Below are positions 27,603-43,118 of a stretch of 64,000 nucleotides of DNA, piece by piece. A program made the translations under genes and the position numbers. This stretch comes from the human T2T-CHM13v2.0 reference genome, Homo sapiens. Where the stretch lies: assembly GCF_009914755.1 (NCBI RefSeq), contig NC_060925.1; one strand, written 5' to 3'. The notes below the pieces were generated by a model that worked only from the letters and a program-made list of their open reading frames with translations, had not been told where the DNA came from and searched no databases. Every line of letters begins with the position of its first letter. The stretch's first letter is position 1.

Positions 27603-28910
27603 ATGGAATCGTCATCGAATGAATTGAATGCAATCATCGAATGGTCTCGAATGGAATCATCTTCTAATGGAAAGGAATGGAATCATCGCATAGAATCGAA
27701 TGGAATTATCATCGAATGGAATCGAATGGTATCAACACCAAACGGAAAAAAACAGAATTATCGAATGGAATCGAAGAGAATCATCGAATGGACCCGAATG
27801 GAATCATCTAATGGAATGGAATGGAATAATCCATGGACTCGAATGCAATCATCATCGAATGGAATCGAATGGAATCATCGAATGGACTCGAATGGAATAA
27901 TCATTGAACGGAATCGAATGGAATCATCATCGGATGGAAATGAATGGAATCATCATCGAATGGAATCGAATAGAATTATGGAATGAAATCCAGTGTGATC
28001 ATCATCGAATGGACCCGAATGGAATCATCATCCAACGGAAGCTAATGGAATCAACATCGAATGAATCGAATGGAAACACCATCGAATTGAAACGAATGGA
28101 ATTATCATGAAATTGAAATGGATGGACTCATCATCGAATGGATTCGAATGGAATCATCGAATAAAATTGATTGAAATCATCATCCAATGGAATCGAATGG
28201 TATCATTGAATGGAATCGAATGGAATCATCATCAGATGGAAATGAAAGGAATCGTCATAGAATGGAATCGAATGGATTCATTGAATGGAATCAGATGGAA
28301 TCATCGAATGGACTGGAATGGAATCATTGAATGGACTCGAAAGGGATCATTATTGAATGGAAATGAATGGAATCATCGAATGGTCTCGATTGGAATCATT
28401 ACCAAATGGAATCGAATGGAATCACCGAATAGAATCGAATGGAACAATCATCGAATGGACTCAAATGGAATTATCCTCAAATGGAATCGAATGGAATTAT
28501 CGAATGCAATCGAATGGAAATATCGAATGCAATCGAATAGAATCATCGAATGGACTCGAATGGAATCATCGAATGGAATGGAATGGAACAGTCAATGAAC
28601 TCGAATGGAATCATCATTGAATGGAATCGAATGGAATCATCGAGTGGAATCGAATGGAATTATGATCAAATGGAATCGAATGTAATCATCATCAAATGGA
28701 ATCAAAAATAACCATCATCAATTGGTATTGAATGGAATTGTCATCAAATGGAATTCGAAGGAATCATCATCAAATGGAACCGAATGGAATCCTCATTGAA
28801 TGGAAATGAAAGGGGTCATCATCTAATGGAATCGCATGGAATCATCATCAAATGGAATCGAATGGAATCATCATCAAATGGAATCTAATGGAATCATTGA
28901 ACAGAATTGA
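27603..28910 (+). repeat. Variant 1308-bp unit (A/B hybrid)
   Basis: Spacing 1308. A-type through ACACCA (~27735-27740), B-type from AACAGAA (~27751) and TCATCGAATGGACC (~27781). Confidence 0.9.
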
Positions 28911-31900
28911 ATGGAATCGTCATCGAATGAATTGAATGCAATCATCGAATGGTCTCGAATGGAATCATCTTCTAATGGAAAGGAATGGAATCATCGCATA
29001 GAATCGAATGGAATTATCATCGAATGGAATCGAATGGTATCAACACCAAACGGAAAAAAACGGAATTATCGAATGGAATCGAAGAGAATCTTCGAACGGA
29101 CCCGAATGGAATCATCTAATGGAATGGAATGGAATAATCCATGGACTCGAATGCAATCATCATCGAATGGAATCGAATGGAGTCATCGAATGGACTCGAA
29201 TGGAATAATCATTGAACGGAATCGAATGGAATCATCATCGGATGGAAACGAATGGAATCATCATCGAATGGAAATGAAAGGAGTCATCATCTAATGGAAT
29301 TGCATGGAATCATCATAAAATGCAATCGAATGGAATCAACATCAAATGGAATCAAATGGAATCATTGAACGGAATTGAATGGAATCGTCATCGAATGAAT
29401 TGACTGCAATCATCGAATGGTCTCGAATGGAATCATCTTCAAATGGAATGGAATGGAATCATCGCATAGAATCGAATGGAATTATCATCAAATGGAATCG
29501 AATGGAATCAACATCAAACGGAAAAAAACGGAATTATCGTATGGAATCTAAGAGAATCATCGAATGGACCCGAATGGAATCATCTAATGGAATGGAATGG
29601 AATAATCCATGGACTCGAATGCAATCATCATCGAATGGAATCGAATGGAATCATCGAATGGACTCGAATGGAATAATCATTGAACGGAATCGAATGGAAT
29701 CATCATCGGATGGAAATGAATGGAATCATCATCGAATGGAATCGAATAGAATTATGGAATGAAATCCAGTGTGATCATCATCGAATGGACCCGAATGGAG
29801 TCATCATCCAACGGAAGCTAATGGAATCAACATCGAATGAATCGAATGGAAACACCATCGAATTGAAACGAATGGAATTATCATGAAATTGAAATGGATG
29901 GACACATCATCGAATGGATTCGAATGGAATCATCGAATAAAATTGATTGAAATCATCATCCAATGGAATCGAATGGTATCATTGAATGGAATCGAATGGA
30001 ATCATCATCAGATGGAAATGAATGGAATCGTCATGGAATGGAATCGAATGGATTCATTGAATGGAATCAGATGGAATCATCGAATGGACTGGAATGGAAT
30101 CATTGAATGGACTCGAAAGGGATCATTATTGAATGGAATTGAATGGAATCATCGAATGGTCTCGATTGGAATCATTACCAAATGGAATCGAATGGAATCA
30201 CCGAATAGAATCGAATGGAACAATCATCGAATGGACTCAAATGGAATTATCCTCCAATGGAATCGAATGTAATTATCGAATGCAATCGAATGGAATTATC
30301 GAATGCAATCGAATAGAATCATCGAATGGACTCGAATGGAATCATCGAATGGAATGGAATGGAACAGTCAATGAACTCGAATGGAATCATCATTGAATGG
30401 AATCGAATGGAATCATCGAGTGGAATCGAATGGAATTATGATCAAATGGAATCGAATGTAATCATCATCAAATGGAATCAAAAATAACCATCATCAATTG
30501 GTATTGAATGGAATTGTCATCAAATGGAATTCAAAGGAATCATCATCAAATGGAACCGAATGGAATCCTCATTGAATGGAAATGAAAGGGGTCATCATCT
30601 AATGGAATCGCATGGAATCATCATCAAATGGAATCGAATGGAATCATCATCAAATGGAATCTAATGGAATCATTGAACAGAATTGAATGGAATCGTCATC
30701 GAATGAATTGAATGCAATCATCGAATGGTCTCGAATGGAATCATCTTCTAATGGAAAGGAATGGAATCATCGCATAGAATCGAATGGAATTATCATCGAA
30801 TGGAATCGAATGGTATCAACACCAAACGGAAAAAAACGGAATTATCGAATGGAATCGAAGAGAATCTTCGAACGGACCCGAATGGAATCATCTAATGGAA
30901 TGGAATGGAATAATCCATGGACTCGAATGCAATCATCATCGAATGGAATCGAATGGAGTCATCGAATGGACTCGAATGGAATAATCATTGAACGGAATCG
31001 AATGGAATCATCATCGGATGGAAACGAATGGAATCATCATCGAATGGAAATGAAAGGAGTCATCATCTAATGGAATTGCATGGAATCATCATAAAATGGA
31101 ATCGAATGGAATCAACATCAAATGGAATCAAATGGAATCATTGAACGGAATTGAATGGAATCGTCATCGAATGAATTGACTGCAATCATCGAATGGTCTC
31201 GAATGGAATCATCTTCAAATGGAATGGAATGGAATCATCGCATAGAATCGAATGGAATTATCATCGAATGGAATCGAATGGAATCAACATCAAACGGAAA
31301 AAAACAGAATTATCGTATGGAATCTAAGAGAATCATCGAATGGACCCGAATGGAATCATCTAATGGAATGGAATGGAATAATCCATGGACTCGAATGCAA
31401 TCATCATCGAATGGAATCGAATGGAATCATCGAATGGACTCGAATGGAATAATCATTGAACGGAATCGAATGGAATCATCATCGGATGGAAATGAATGGA
31501 ATCATCATCGAATGGAATCGAATAGAATTATGGAATGAAATCCAGTGTGATCATCATCGAATGGACCCGAATGGAATCATCATCCAACGGAAGCTAATGG
31601 AATCAACATCGAATGAATCGAATGGAAACACCATCGAATTGAAACGAATGGAATTATCATGAAATTGAAATGGATGGACTCATCATCGAATGGATTCGAA
31701 TGGAATCATCGAATAAAATTGATTGAAATCATCATCGAATGGAATCGAATGGTATCATTGAATGGAATCGAATGGAATCATCATCAGATGGAAATGAATG
31801 GAATCGTCATAGAATGGAATCGAATGGATTCATTGAATGGAATCAGATGGAATCATCGAATGGACTGGAATGGAATCATTGAATGGACTCGAAAGGGATC

Positions 31901-34900
31901 ATGATTGAATGGAATTGAATGGAATCATCGAATGGTCTCGATTGGAATCATTATCAAATGGAATCGAATGGAATCACCGAATAGAATCGAATGGAACAAT
32001 CATCGAATGGACTCAAATGGAATTATCCTCAAATGGAATCGAATGGAATTATCGAATGCAATCGAATGGAATTATCGAATGCAATCGAATAGAATCATCG
32101 AAAGGACTGGAATGGAATCATCGAATGGAATGGAATGGAACAGTCAATGAACTCGAATGGAATCATCATTGAATGGAATCGAATGGAATCATCGAGTGGA
32201 ATCGAATGGAATTATGATCAAATGGAATCGAATGTAATCATCATCAAATGGAATCAAAAATAACCATCATCAATTGGTATTGAATGGAATTGTCATCAAA
32301 TGGAATTCAAAGGAATCATCATCAAATGGAACCGAATGGAATCCTCATTGAATGGAAATGAAAGGGGTCATCATCTAATGGAATCGCATGGAATCATCAT
32401 CAAATGGAATCGAATGGAATCATCATCAAATGGAATCTAATGGAATCATTGAACAGAATTGAATGGAATCGTCATCGAATGAATTGAATGCAATCATCGA
32501 ATGGTCTCGAATGGAATCATCTTCTAATGGAAAGGAATGGAATCATCGCATAGAATCGAATGGAATTATCATCGAATGGAATCGAATGGTATCAACACCA
32601 AACGGAAAAAAACGGAATTATCGAATGGAATCGAAGAGAATCTTCGAACGGACGCGAATGGAATCATCTAATGGAATGGAATGGAATAATCCATGGACTC
32701 GAATGCAATCATCATCGAATGGAATGGAATGGAATCATCGAATGGACTCGAATGGAATAATCATTGAACGGAATCGAATGGAATCATCATCGGATGGAAA
32801 CGAATGGAATCATCATCGAATGGAAATGAAAGGAGTCATCATCTAATGGAATTGCATGGAATCATCATAAAATGGAATCGAATGGAATCAACATCAAATG
32901 GAATCAAATGGAATCATTGAACGGAATTGAATGGAATCGTCATCGAATGAATTGACTGCAATCATCGAATGTTCTCGAATGGAATCATCTTCAAATGGAA
33001 TGGAATGGAATCATCGCATAGAATCGAATGGAATTATCATCGAATGGAATCGAATGGAATCAACATCAAACGGAAAAAAACGGAATTATCGTATGGAATC
33101 GAAGAGAATCATCGAATGGACCCGAATGGAATCATCTAATGGAATGGAATGGAATAATCCATGGACTCGAATGCAATCATCATCGAATGAAATCGAATGG
33201 AATCATCGAATGGACTCGAATGGAATAATCATTGAACGGAATCGAATGGAATCATCATCGGATGGAAATGAATGGAATCATCATCGAATGGAATCGAATA
33301 GAATTATGGAATGAAATCCAGTGTGATCATCATCGAATGGACCCGAATGGAATCATCATCCAACGGAAGCTAATGGAATCAACATCGAATGAATCGAATG
33401 GAAACACCATCGAATTGAAACGAATGGAATTATCATGAAATTGAAATGGATGGACTCATCATCGAATGGATTCGAATGGAATCATCGAATAAAATTGATT
33501 GAAATCATCATCGAATGGAATCGAATGGTATCATTGAATGGAATCGAATGGAATCATCATCAGATGGAAATGAATGGAATCGTCATAGAATGGAATCGAA
33601 TGGATTCATTGAATGGAATCAGATGGAATCATCGAATGGACTGGAATGGAATCATTGAATGGACTCGAAAGGGATCATGATTGAATGGAATTGAATGGAA
33701 TCATCGAATGGTCTCGATTGGAATCATTATCAAATGGAATCGAATGGAATCACCGAATAGAATCGAATGGAACAATCATCGAATGGACTCAAATGGAATT
33801 ATCCTCAAATGGAATCGAATGGAATTATCGAATGCAATCGAATGGAATTATCGAATGCAATCGAATAGAATCATCGAATGGACTCGAATGGAATCATCGA
33901 ATGGAATGGAATGGAACAGTCAATGAACTCGAATGGAATCATCATTGAATGGAATCGAATGGAATCATCGAGTGGAATCGAATGGAATTATGATCAAATG
34001 GAATCGAATGTAATCATCATCAAATGGAATCAAAAATAACCATCATCAATTGGTATTGAATGGAATTGTCATCAAATGGAATTCAAAGGAATCATCATCA
34101 AATGGAACCGAATGGAATCCTCATTGAATGGAAATGAAAGGGGTCATCATCTAATGGAATCGCATGGAATCATCATCAAATGGAATCGAATGGAATCATC
34201 ATCAAATGGAATCTAATGGAATCATTGAACAGAATTGAATGGAATCGTCATCGAATGAATTGAATGCAATCATCGAATGGTCTCGAATGGAATCATCTTC
34301 TAATGGAAAGGAATGGAATCATCGCATAGAATCGAATGGAATTATCATCGAATGGAATCGAATGGTATCAACACCAAACGGAAAAAAACGGAATTATCGA
34401 ATGGAATCGAAGAGAATCTTCGAACGGACCCGAATGGAATCATCTAATGGAATGGAATGGAATAATCCATGGACTCGAATGCAATCATCATCGAATGGAA
34501 TCGAATGGAATCATCGAATGGACTCGAATGGAATAATCATTGAACGGAATCGAATGGAATCATCATCGGATGGAAATGAATGGAATCATCATCGAATGGA
34601 AATGAAAGGAGTCATCATCTAATGGAATTGCATGGAATCATCATAAAATGGAATCGAATGGAATCAACCTCAAATGGAATCAAATGGAATCATTGAACGG
34701 AATTGAATGGAATCGTCATCGAATGAATTGACTGCAATCATCGAATGGTCTCGAATGGAATCATCTTCAAATGGAATGGAATGGAATCATCGCATAGAAT
34801 CGAATGGAATTATCATCGAATGGAATCGAATGGAATCAACATCAAACGGAAAAAAACGGAATTATCGAATGGAATCGAAGAGAATCATCGAATGGACCCG

Positions 34901-37900
34901 AATGGAATCATCTAATGGAATGGAATGGAATAATCCATGGACTCGAATGCAATCATCATCGAATGGAATCGAATGGAATCATCGAATGGACTCGAATGGA
35001 ATAATCATTGAACGGAATCGAATGGAATCATCATCGGATGGAAATGAATGGAATCATCATCGAATGGAATCGAATAGAATTATGGAATGAAATCCAGTGT
35101 GATCATCATCGAATGGACCCGAATGGAATCATCATCCAACGGAAGCTAATGGAATCAACATCGAATGAATCGAATGGAAACACCATCGAATTGAAACGAA
35201 TGGAATTATCATGAAATTGAAATGGATGGACTCATCATCGAATGGATTCGAATGGAATCATCGAATAAAATTGATTGAAATCATCATCCAATGGAATCGA
35301 ATGGTATCATTGAATGGAATCGAATGGAATCATCATCAGATGGAAATGAATGGAATCGTCATAGAATGGAATCGAATGGATTCATTGAATGGAATCAGAT
35401 GGAATCATCGAATGGACTGGAATGGAATCATTGAATGGACTCGAAAGGGATCATGATTGAATGGAATTGAATGGAATCATCGAATGGTCTCGATTGGAAT
35501 CATTATCAAATGGAATCGAATGGAATCACCGAATAGAATCGAATGGAACAATCATCGAATGGACTCAAATGGAATTATCCTCAAATGGAATCGAATGGAA
35601 TTATCGAATGCAATCGAATGGAATTATCGAATGCAATCGAATAGAATCATCGAATGGACTCGAATGGAATCATCGAATGGAATGGAATGGAACAGTCAAT
35701 GAACTCGAATGGAATCATCATTGAATGGAATCGAATGGAATCATCGAGTGGAATCGAATGGAATTATGATCAAATGGAATCGAATGTAATCATCATCAAA
35801 TGGAATCAAAAATAACCATCATCAATTGGTATTGAATGGAATTGTCATCAAATGGAATTCAAAGGAATCATCATCAAATGGAACCGAATGGAATCCTCAT
35901 TGAATGGAAATGAAAGGGGTCATCATCTAATGGAATCGCATGGAATCATCATCAAATGGAATCGAATGGAATCATCATCAAATGGAATCTAATGGAATCA
36001 TTGAACAGAATTGAATGGAATCGTCATCGAATGAATTGAATGCAATCATCGAATGGTCTCGAATGGAATCATCTTCTAATGGAAAGGAATGGAATCATCG
36101 CATAGAATCGAATGGAATTATCATCGAATGGAATCGAATGGTATCAACACCAAACGGAAAAATACGGAATTATCGAATGGAATCGAAGAGAATCTTCGAA
36201 CGGACCCAAATGGAATCATCTAATGGAATGGAATGGAATAATCCATGGACTCGAATGCAATCATCATCGAATGGAATGGAATGGAATCATCGAATGGACT
36301 CGAATGGAATAATAATTGAACGGAATCGAATGGAATCATCATCGGATGGAAACGAATGGAATCATCATCGAATGGAAATGAAAGGAGTCATCATCTAATG
36401 GAATTGCATGGAATCATCATAAAATGGAATCGAATGGAATCAACATCAAATGGAATCAAATGGAATCATTGAACGGAATTGAATGGAATCGTCATCGAAT
36501 GAATTGACTGCAATCATCGAATGGTCTCGAATGGAATCATCTTCAAATGGAATGGAATGGAATCATTGCATAGAATCGAATGGAATTATCATCGAATGGA
36601 ATCGAATGGAATCAACATCAAACGGAAAAAAACGGAATTATCGAATGGAATTGAAGAGAATCATCGAATGGACCCGAATGGAATCATCTAATGGAATGGA
36701 ATGGAATAATCCATGGACTCGAATGCAATCATCATCGAATGGAATCGAATGGAATCATCGAATGGACTCGAATGGAATAATCATTGAACGGAATCGAATG
36801 GAATCATCATCGGATGGAAATGAATGGAATCATCATCGAATGGAATCGAATATAATTATGGAATGAAATCCAGTGTGATCATCATCGAATGGACCCGAAT
36901 GGAATCATCATCCAACGGAAGCTAATGGAATCAACATCGAATGAATCGAATGGAAACACCATCGAATTGAAACGAATGGAATTATCATGAAATTGAAATG
37001 GATGGACTCATCATCGAATGGATTCGAATGGAATCATCGAATAAAATTGATTGAAATCATCATCCAATGGAATCGAATGGTATCATTGAATGGAAACGAA
37101 TGGAATCATCATCAGATGGAAATGAATGGAATCGTCATAGAATGGAATCGAATGGATTCATTGAATGGAATCAGATGGAATCATCGAATGGACTGGAATG
37201 GAATCATTGAATGGACTCGAAAGGGATCATGATTGAATGGAATTGAATGGAATCATCGAATGGTCTCGATTGGAATCATTATCAAATGGAATCGAATGGA
37301 ATCACCGAATACAATCGAATGGAACAATCATCGAATGGACTCAAATGGAATTATCCTCCAATGGAATCGAATGGAATTATCGAATGCAATCGAATGGAAT
37401 TATCGAATGCAATCGAATAGAATCATCGAATGGACTCGAATGGAATCATCGAATGGAATGGAATGGAACAGTCAATGAACTCGAATGGAATCATCATTGA
37501 ATGGAATCGAATGGAATCATCGAGTGGAATCGAATGGAATTATGATCAAATGGAATCGAATGTAATCATCATCAAATGGAATCAAAAATAACCATCATCA
37601 ATTGGTATTGAATGGAATTGTCATCAAATGGAATTCAAAGGAATCATCATCAAATGGAACCGAATGGAATCCTCATTGAATGGAAATGAAAGGGGTCATC
37701 ATCTAATGGAATCGCATGGAATCATCATCAAATGGAATCGAATGGAATCATCATCAAATGGAATCTAATGGAATCATTGAACAGAATTGAATGGAATCGT
37801 CATCGAATGAATTGAATGCAATCATCGAATGGTCTCGAATGGAATCATCTTCTAATGGAAAGGAATGGAATCATCGCATAGAATCGAATGGAATTATCAT

Positions 37901-40900
37901 CGAATGGAATCAAATGGTATCAACACCAAACGGAAAAAAACGGAATTATCGAATGGAATCGAAGAGAATCTTCGAACGGACCCGAATGGAATCATCTAAT
38001 GGAATGGAATGGAATAATCCATGGACTCGAATGCAATCATCATCGAATGGAATGGAATGGAATCATCGAATGGACTCGAATGGAATAATCATTGAACGGA
38101 ATCGAATGGAATCATCATCGGATGGAAACGAATGGAATCATCATCGAATGGAAATGAAAGGAGTCATCATCTAATGGAATTGCATGGAATCATCATAAAA
38201 TGGAATCGAATGGAATCAACATCAAATGGAATCAAATGGAATCATTGAACGGAATTGAATGGAATCGTCATCGAATGAATTGACTGCAATCATCGAATGG
38301 TCTCGAATGGAATCATCTTCAAATGGAATGGAATGGAATCATCGCATAGAATCGAATGGAATTATCATCGAATGGAATCGAATGGAATCAACATCAAATG
38401 GAAAAAAACGGAATTATCGAATGGAATCGAAGAGAATCATCGAATGGACCCGAATGGAATCATCTAATGGAATGGAATGGAATAATCCATGGACTCGAAT
38501 GCAATCATCATCGAATGGAATCGAATGGAATCATCGAATGGACTCGAATGGAATAATCATTGAACGGAATCGAATGGAATCATCATCGGATGGAAATGAA
38601 TGGAATCATCATCGAATGGAATCGAATAGAATTATGGAATGAAATCCAGTGTGATCATCATCGAATGGACCCGAATGGAATCATCATCCAACGGAAGCTA
38701 ATGGAATCAACATCGAATGAATCGAATGGAAACACCATCGAATTGAAACGAATGGAATTATCATGAAATTGAAATGGATGGACTCATCATCGAATGGATT
38801 CGAATGGAATCATCGAATAAAATTGATTGAAATCATCATCGAATGGAATCGAATGGTATCATTGAATGGAATCGAATGGAATCATCATCAGATGGAAATG
38901 AATGGAATCGTCATAGAATGGAATCGAATGGATTCATTGAATGGAATCAGATGGAATCATCGAATGGACTGGAATGGAATCATTGAATGGACTCGAAAGG
39001 GATCATGATTGAATGGAATTGAATGGAATCATCGAATGGTCTCGATTGGAATCATTATCAAATGGAATCGAATGGAATCACCGAATAGAATCGAATGGAA
39101 CAATCATCGAATGGACTCAAATGGAATTATCCTCAAATGGAATCGAATGGAATTATCGAATGCAATCGAATGGAATTATCGAATGCAATCGAATAGAATC
39201 ATCGAAAGGACTCGAATGGAATCATCGAATGGAATGGAATGGAACAGTCAATGAACTCGAATGGAATCATCATTGAATGGAATCGAATGGAATCATCGAG
39301 TGGAATCGAATGGAATTATGATCAAATGGAATCTAATGGAATCATCATCAAATGGAATCAAAAATAACCATCATCAATTGGTATTGAATGGAATTGTCAT
39401 CAAATGGAATTCAAAGGAATCATCATCAAATGGAACCGAATGGAATCCACATTGAATGGAAATGAAAGGGGTCATCATCTAATGGAATCGCATGGAATCA
39501 TCATCAAATGGAATCGAATGGAATCATCATCAAATGGAATCTAATGGAATCATTGAACAGAATTGAATGGAATCGTCATCGAATGAATTGAATGCAATCA
39601 TCGAATGGTCTCGAATGGAATCATCTTCTAATGGAAAGGAATGGAATCATCGCATAGAATCGAATGGAATTATCATCGAATGGAATCAAATGGTATCAAC
39701 ACCAAACGGAAAAAAACGGAATTATCGAATGGAATCGAAGAGAATCTTCGAACGGACCCGAATGGAATCATCTAATGGAATGGAATGGAATAATCCATGG
39801 ACTCGAATGCAATCATCATCGAATGGAATGGAATGGAATCATCGAATGGACTCGAATGGAATAATCATTGAACGGAATCGAATGGAATCATCATCGGATG
39901 GAAACGAATGGAATCATCATCGAATGGAAATGAAAGGAGTCATCATCTAATGGAATTGCATGGAATCATCATAAAATGGAATCGAATGGAATCAACATCA
40001 AATGGAATCAAATGGAATCATTGAACGGAATTGAATGGAATCGTCATCGAATGAATTGACTGCAATCATCGAATGGTCTCGAATGGAATCATCTTCAAAT
40101 GGAATGGAATGGAATCATCGCATAGAATCGAATGGAATTATCATCGAATGGAATCGAATGGAATCAACATCAAACGGAAAAAAACGGAATTATCGAATGG
40201 AATCGAAGAGAATCATCGAATGGACCCGAATGGAATCATCTAATGGAATGGAATGGAATAATCCATGGACTCGAATGCAATCATCATCGAATGGAATCGA
40301 ATGGAATCATCGAATGGACTCGAATGGAATAATCATTGAACGGAATCGAATGGAATCATCATCGGATGGAAATGAATGGAATCATCATCGAATGGAATCG
40401 AATAGAATTATGGAATGAAATCCAGTGTGATCATCATCGAATGGACCCGAATGGAATCATCATCCAACGGAAGCTAATGGAATCAACATCGAATGAATCG
40501 AATGGAAACACCATCGAATTGAAACGAATGGAATTATCATGAAATTGAAATGGATGGACTCATCATCGAATGGATTCGAATGGAATCATCGAATAAAATT
40601 GATTGAAATCATTATCCAATGGAATCGAATGGTATCATTGAATGGAATCGAATGGAATCATCATCAGATGGAAATGAATGGAATCGTCATAGAATGGAAT
40701 CGAATGGATTCATTGAATGGAATCAGATGGAATCATCGAATGGACTGGAATGGAATCATTGAATGGACTCGAAAGGGATCATGATTGAATGGAATTGAAT
40801 GGAATCATCGAATGGTCTCGATTGGAATCATTATCAAATGGAATCGAATGGAATCACCAAATAGAATCGAATGGAACAATCATCGAATGGACTCAAATGG

Positions 40901-43118
40901 AATTATCCTCAAATGGAATCGAATGGAATTATCGAATGCAATCGAATGGAATTATCGAATGCAATCGAATAGAATCATCGAAAGGACTCGAATGGAATCA
41001 TCGAATGGAATGGAATGGAACAGTCAATGAACTCGAATGGAATCATCATTGAATGGAATCGAATGGAATCATCGAGTGGAATCGAATGGAATTATGATCA
41101 AATGGAATCGAATGTAATCATCATCAAATGGAATCAAAAATAACCATCATCAATTGGTATTGAATGGAATTGTCATCAAATGGAATTCAAAGGAATCATC
41201 ATCAAATGGAACCGAATGGAATCCTCATTGAATGGAAATGAAAGGGGTCATCATCTAATGGAATCGCATGGAATCATCATCAAATGGAATCGAATGGAAT
41301 CATCATCAAATGGAATCTAATGGAATCATTGAACAGAATTGAATGGAATCGTCATCGAATGAATTGAATGCAATCATCGAATGGTCTCGAATGGAATCAT
41401 CTTCTAATGGAAAGGAATGGAATCATCGCATAGAATCGAATGGAATTATCATCGAATGGAATCGAATGGTATCAACACCAAACGGAAAAAAACGGAATTA
41501 TCGAATGGAATCGAAGAGAATCTTCGAACGGACCCGAATGGAATCATCTAATGGAATGGAATGGAATAATCCATGGACTCGAATGCAATCATCATCGAAT
41601 GGAATGGAATGGAATCATCGAATGGACTCGAATGGAATAATCATTGAACGGAATCGAATGGAATCATCATCGGATGGAAACGAATGGAATCATCATCGAA
41701 TGGAAATGAAAGGAGTCATCATCTAATGGAATTGCATGGAATCATCATAAAATGGAATCGAATGGAATCAACATCAAATGGAATCAAATGGAATCATTGA
41801 ACGGAATTGAATGGAATCGTCATCGAATGAATTGACTGCAATCATCGAATGGTCTCGAATGGAATCATCTTCAAATGGAATGGAATGGAATCATCGCATA
41901 GAATCGAATGGAATTATCATCGAATGGAATCGAATGGAATCAACATCAAACGGAAAAAAACAGAATTATCGTATGGAATCGAAGAGAATCATCGAATGGA
42001 CCCGAATGGAATCATCTAATGGAATGGAATGGAATAATCCATGGACTCGAATGCAATCATCATCGAATGGAATCGAATGGAATCATCGAATGGACTCGAA
42101 TGGAATAATCATTGAACGGAATCGAATGGAATCATCATCGGATGGAAATGAATGGAATCATCATCGAATGGAATCGAATAGAATTATGGAATGAAATCCA
42201 GTGTGATCATCATCGAATGGACCCGAATGGAATCATGATCCAACGGAAGCTAATGGAATCAACATCGAATGAATCGAATGGAAACACCATCGAATTGAAA
42301 CGAATGGAATTATCATGAAATTGAAATGGATGGACTCATCATCGAATGGATTCGAATGGAATCATCGAATAAAATTGATTGAAATCATCATCGAATGAAA
42401 TCGAATGGTATCATTGAATGGAATCGAATGGAATCATCATCAGATGGAAATGAATGGAATCGTCATAGAATGGAATCGAATGGATTCATTGAATGGAATC
42501 AGATGGAATCATCGAATGGACTGGAATGGAATCATTGAATGGACTCGAAAGGGATCATTATTGAATGGAATTGAATGGAATCATCGAATGGTCTCGATTG
42601 GAATCATTATCAAATGGAATCGAATGGAATCACCGAATAGAATCGAATGGAACAATCATCGAATGGACTCAAATGGAATTATCCTCAAATGGAATCGAAT
42701 GGAATTATCGAATGCAATCGAATGGAATTATCGAATGCAATCGAATAGAATCATCGAATGGACTCGAATGGAATCATCGAATGGAATGGAATGGAACAGT
42801 CAATGAACTCGAATGGAATCATCATTGAATGGAATCGAATGGAATCATCGAGTGGAATCGAATGGAATTATGATCAAATGGAATCGAATGTAATCATCAT
42901 CAAATGGAATCAAAAATAACCATCATCAATTGGTATTGAATGGAATTGTCATCAAATGGAATTCAAAGGAATCATCATCAAATGGAACCGAATGGAATCC
43001 TCATTGAATGGAAATGAAAGGGGTCATCATCTAATGGAATCGCATGGAATCATCATCAAATGGAATCGAATGGAATCATCATCAAATGGAATCTAATGGA
43101 ATCATTGAACAGAATTGA

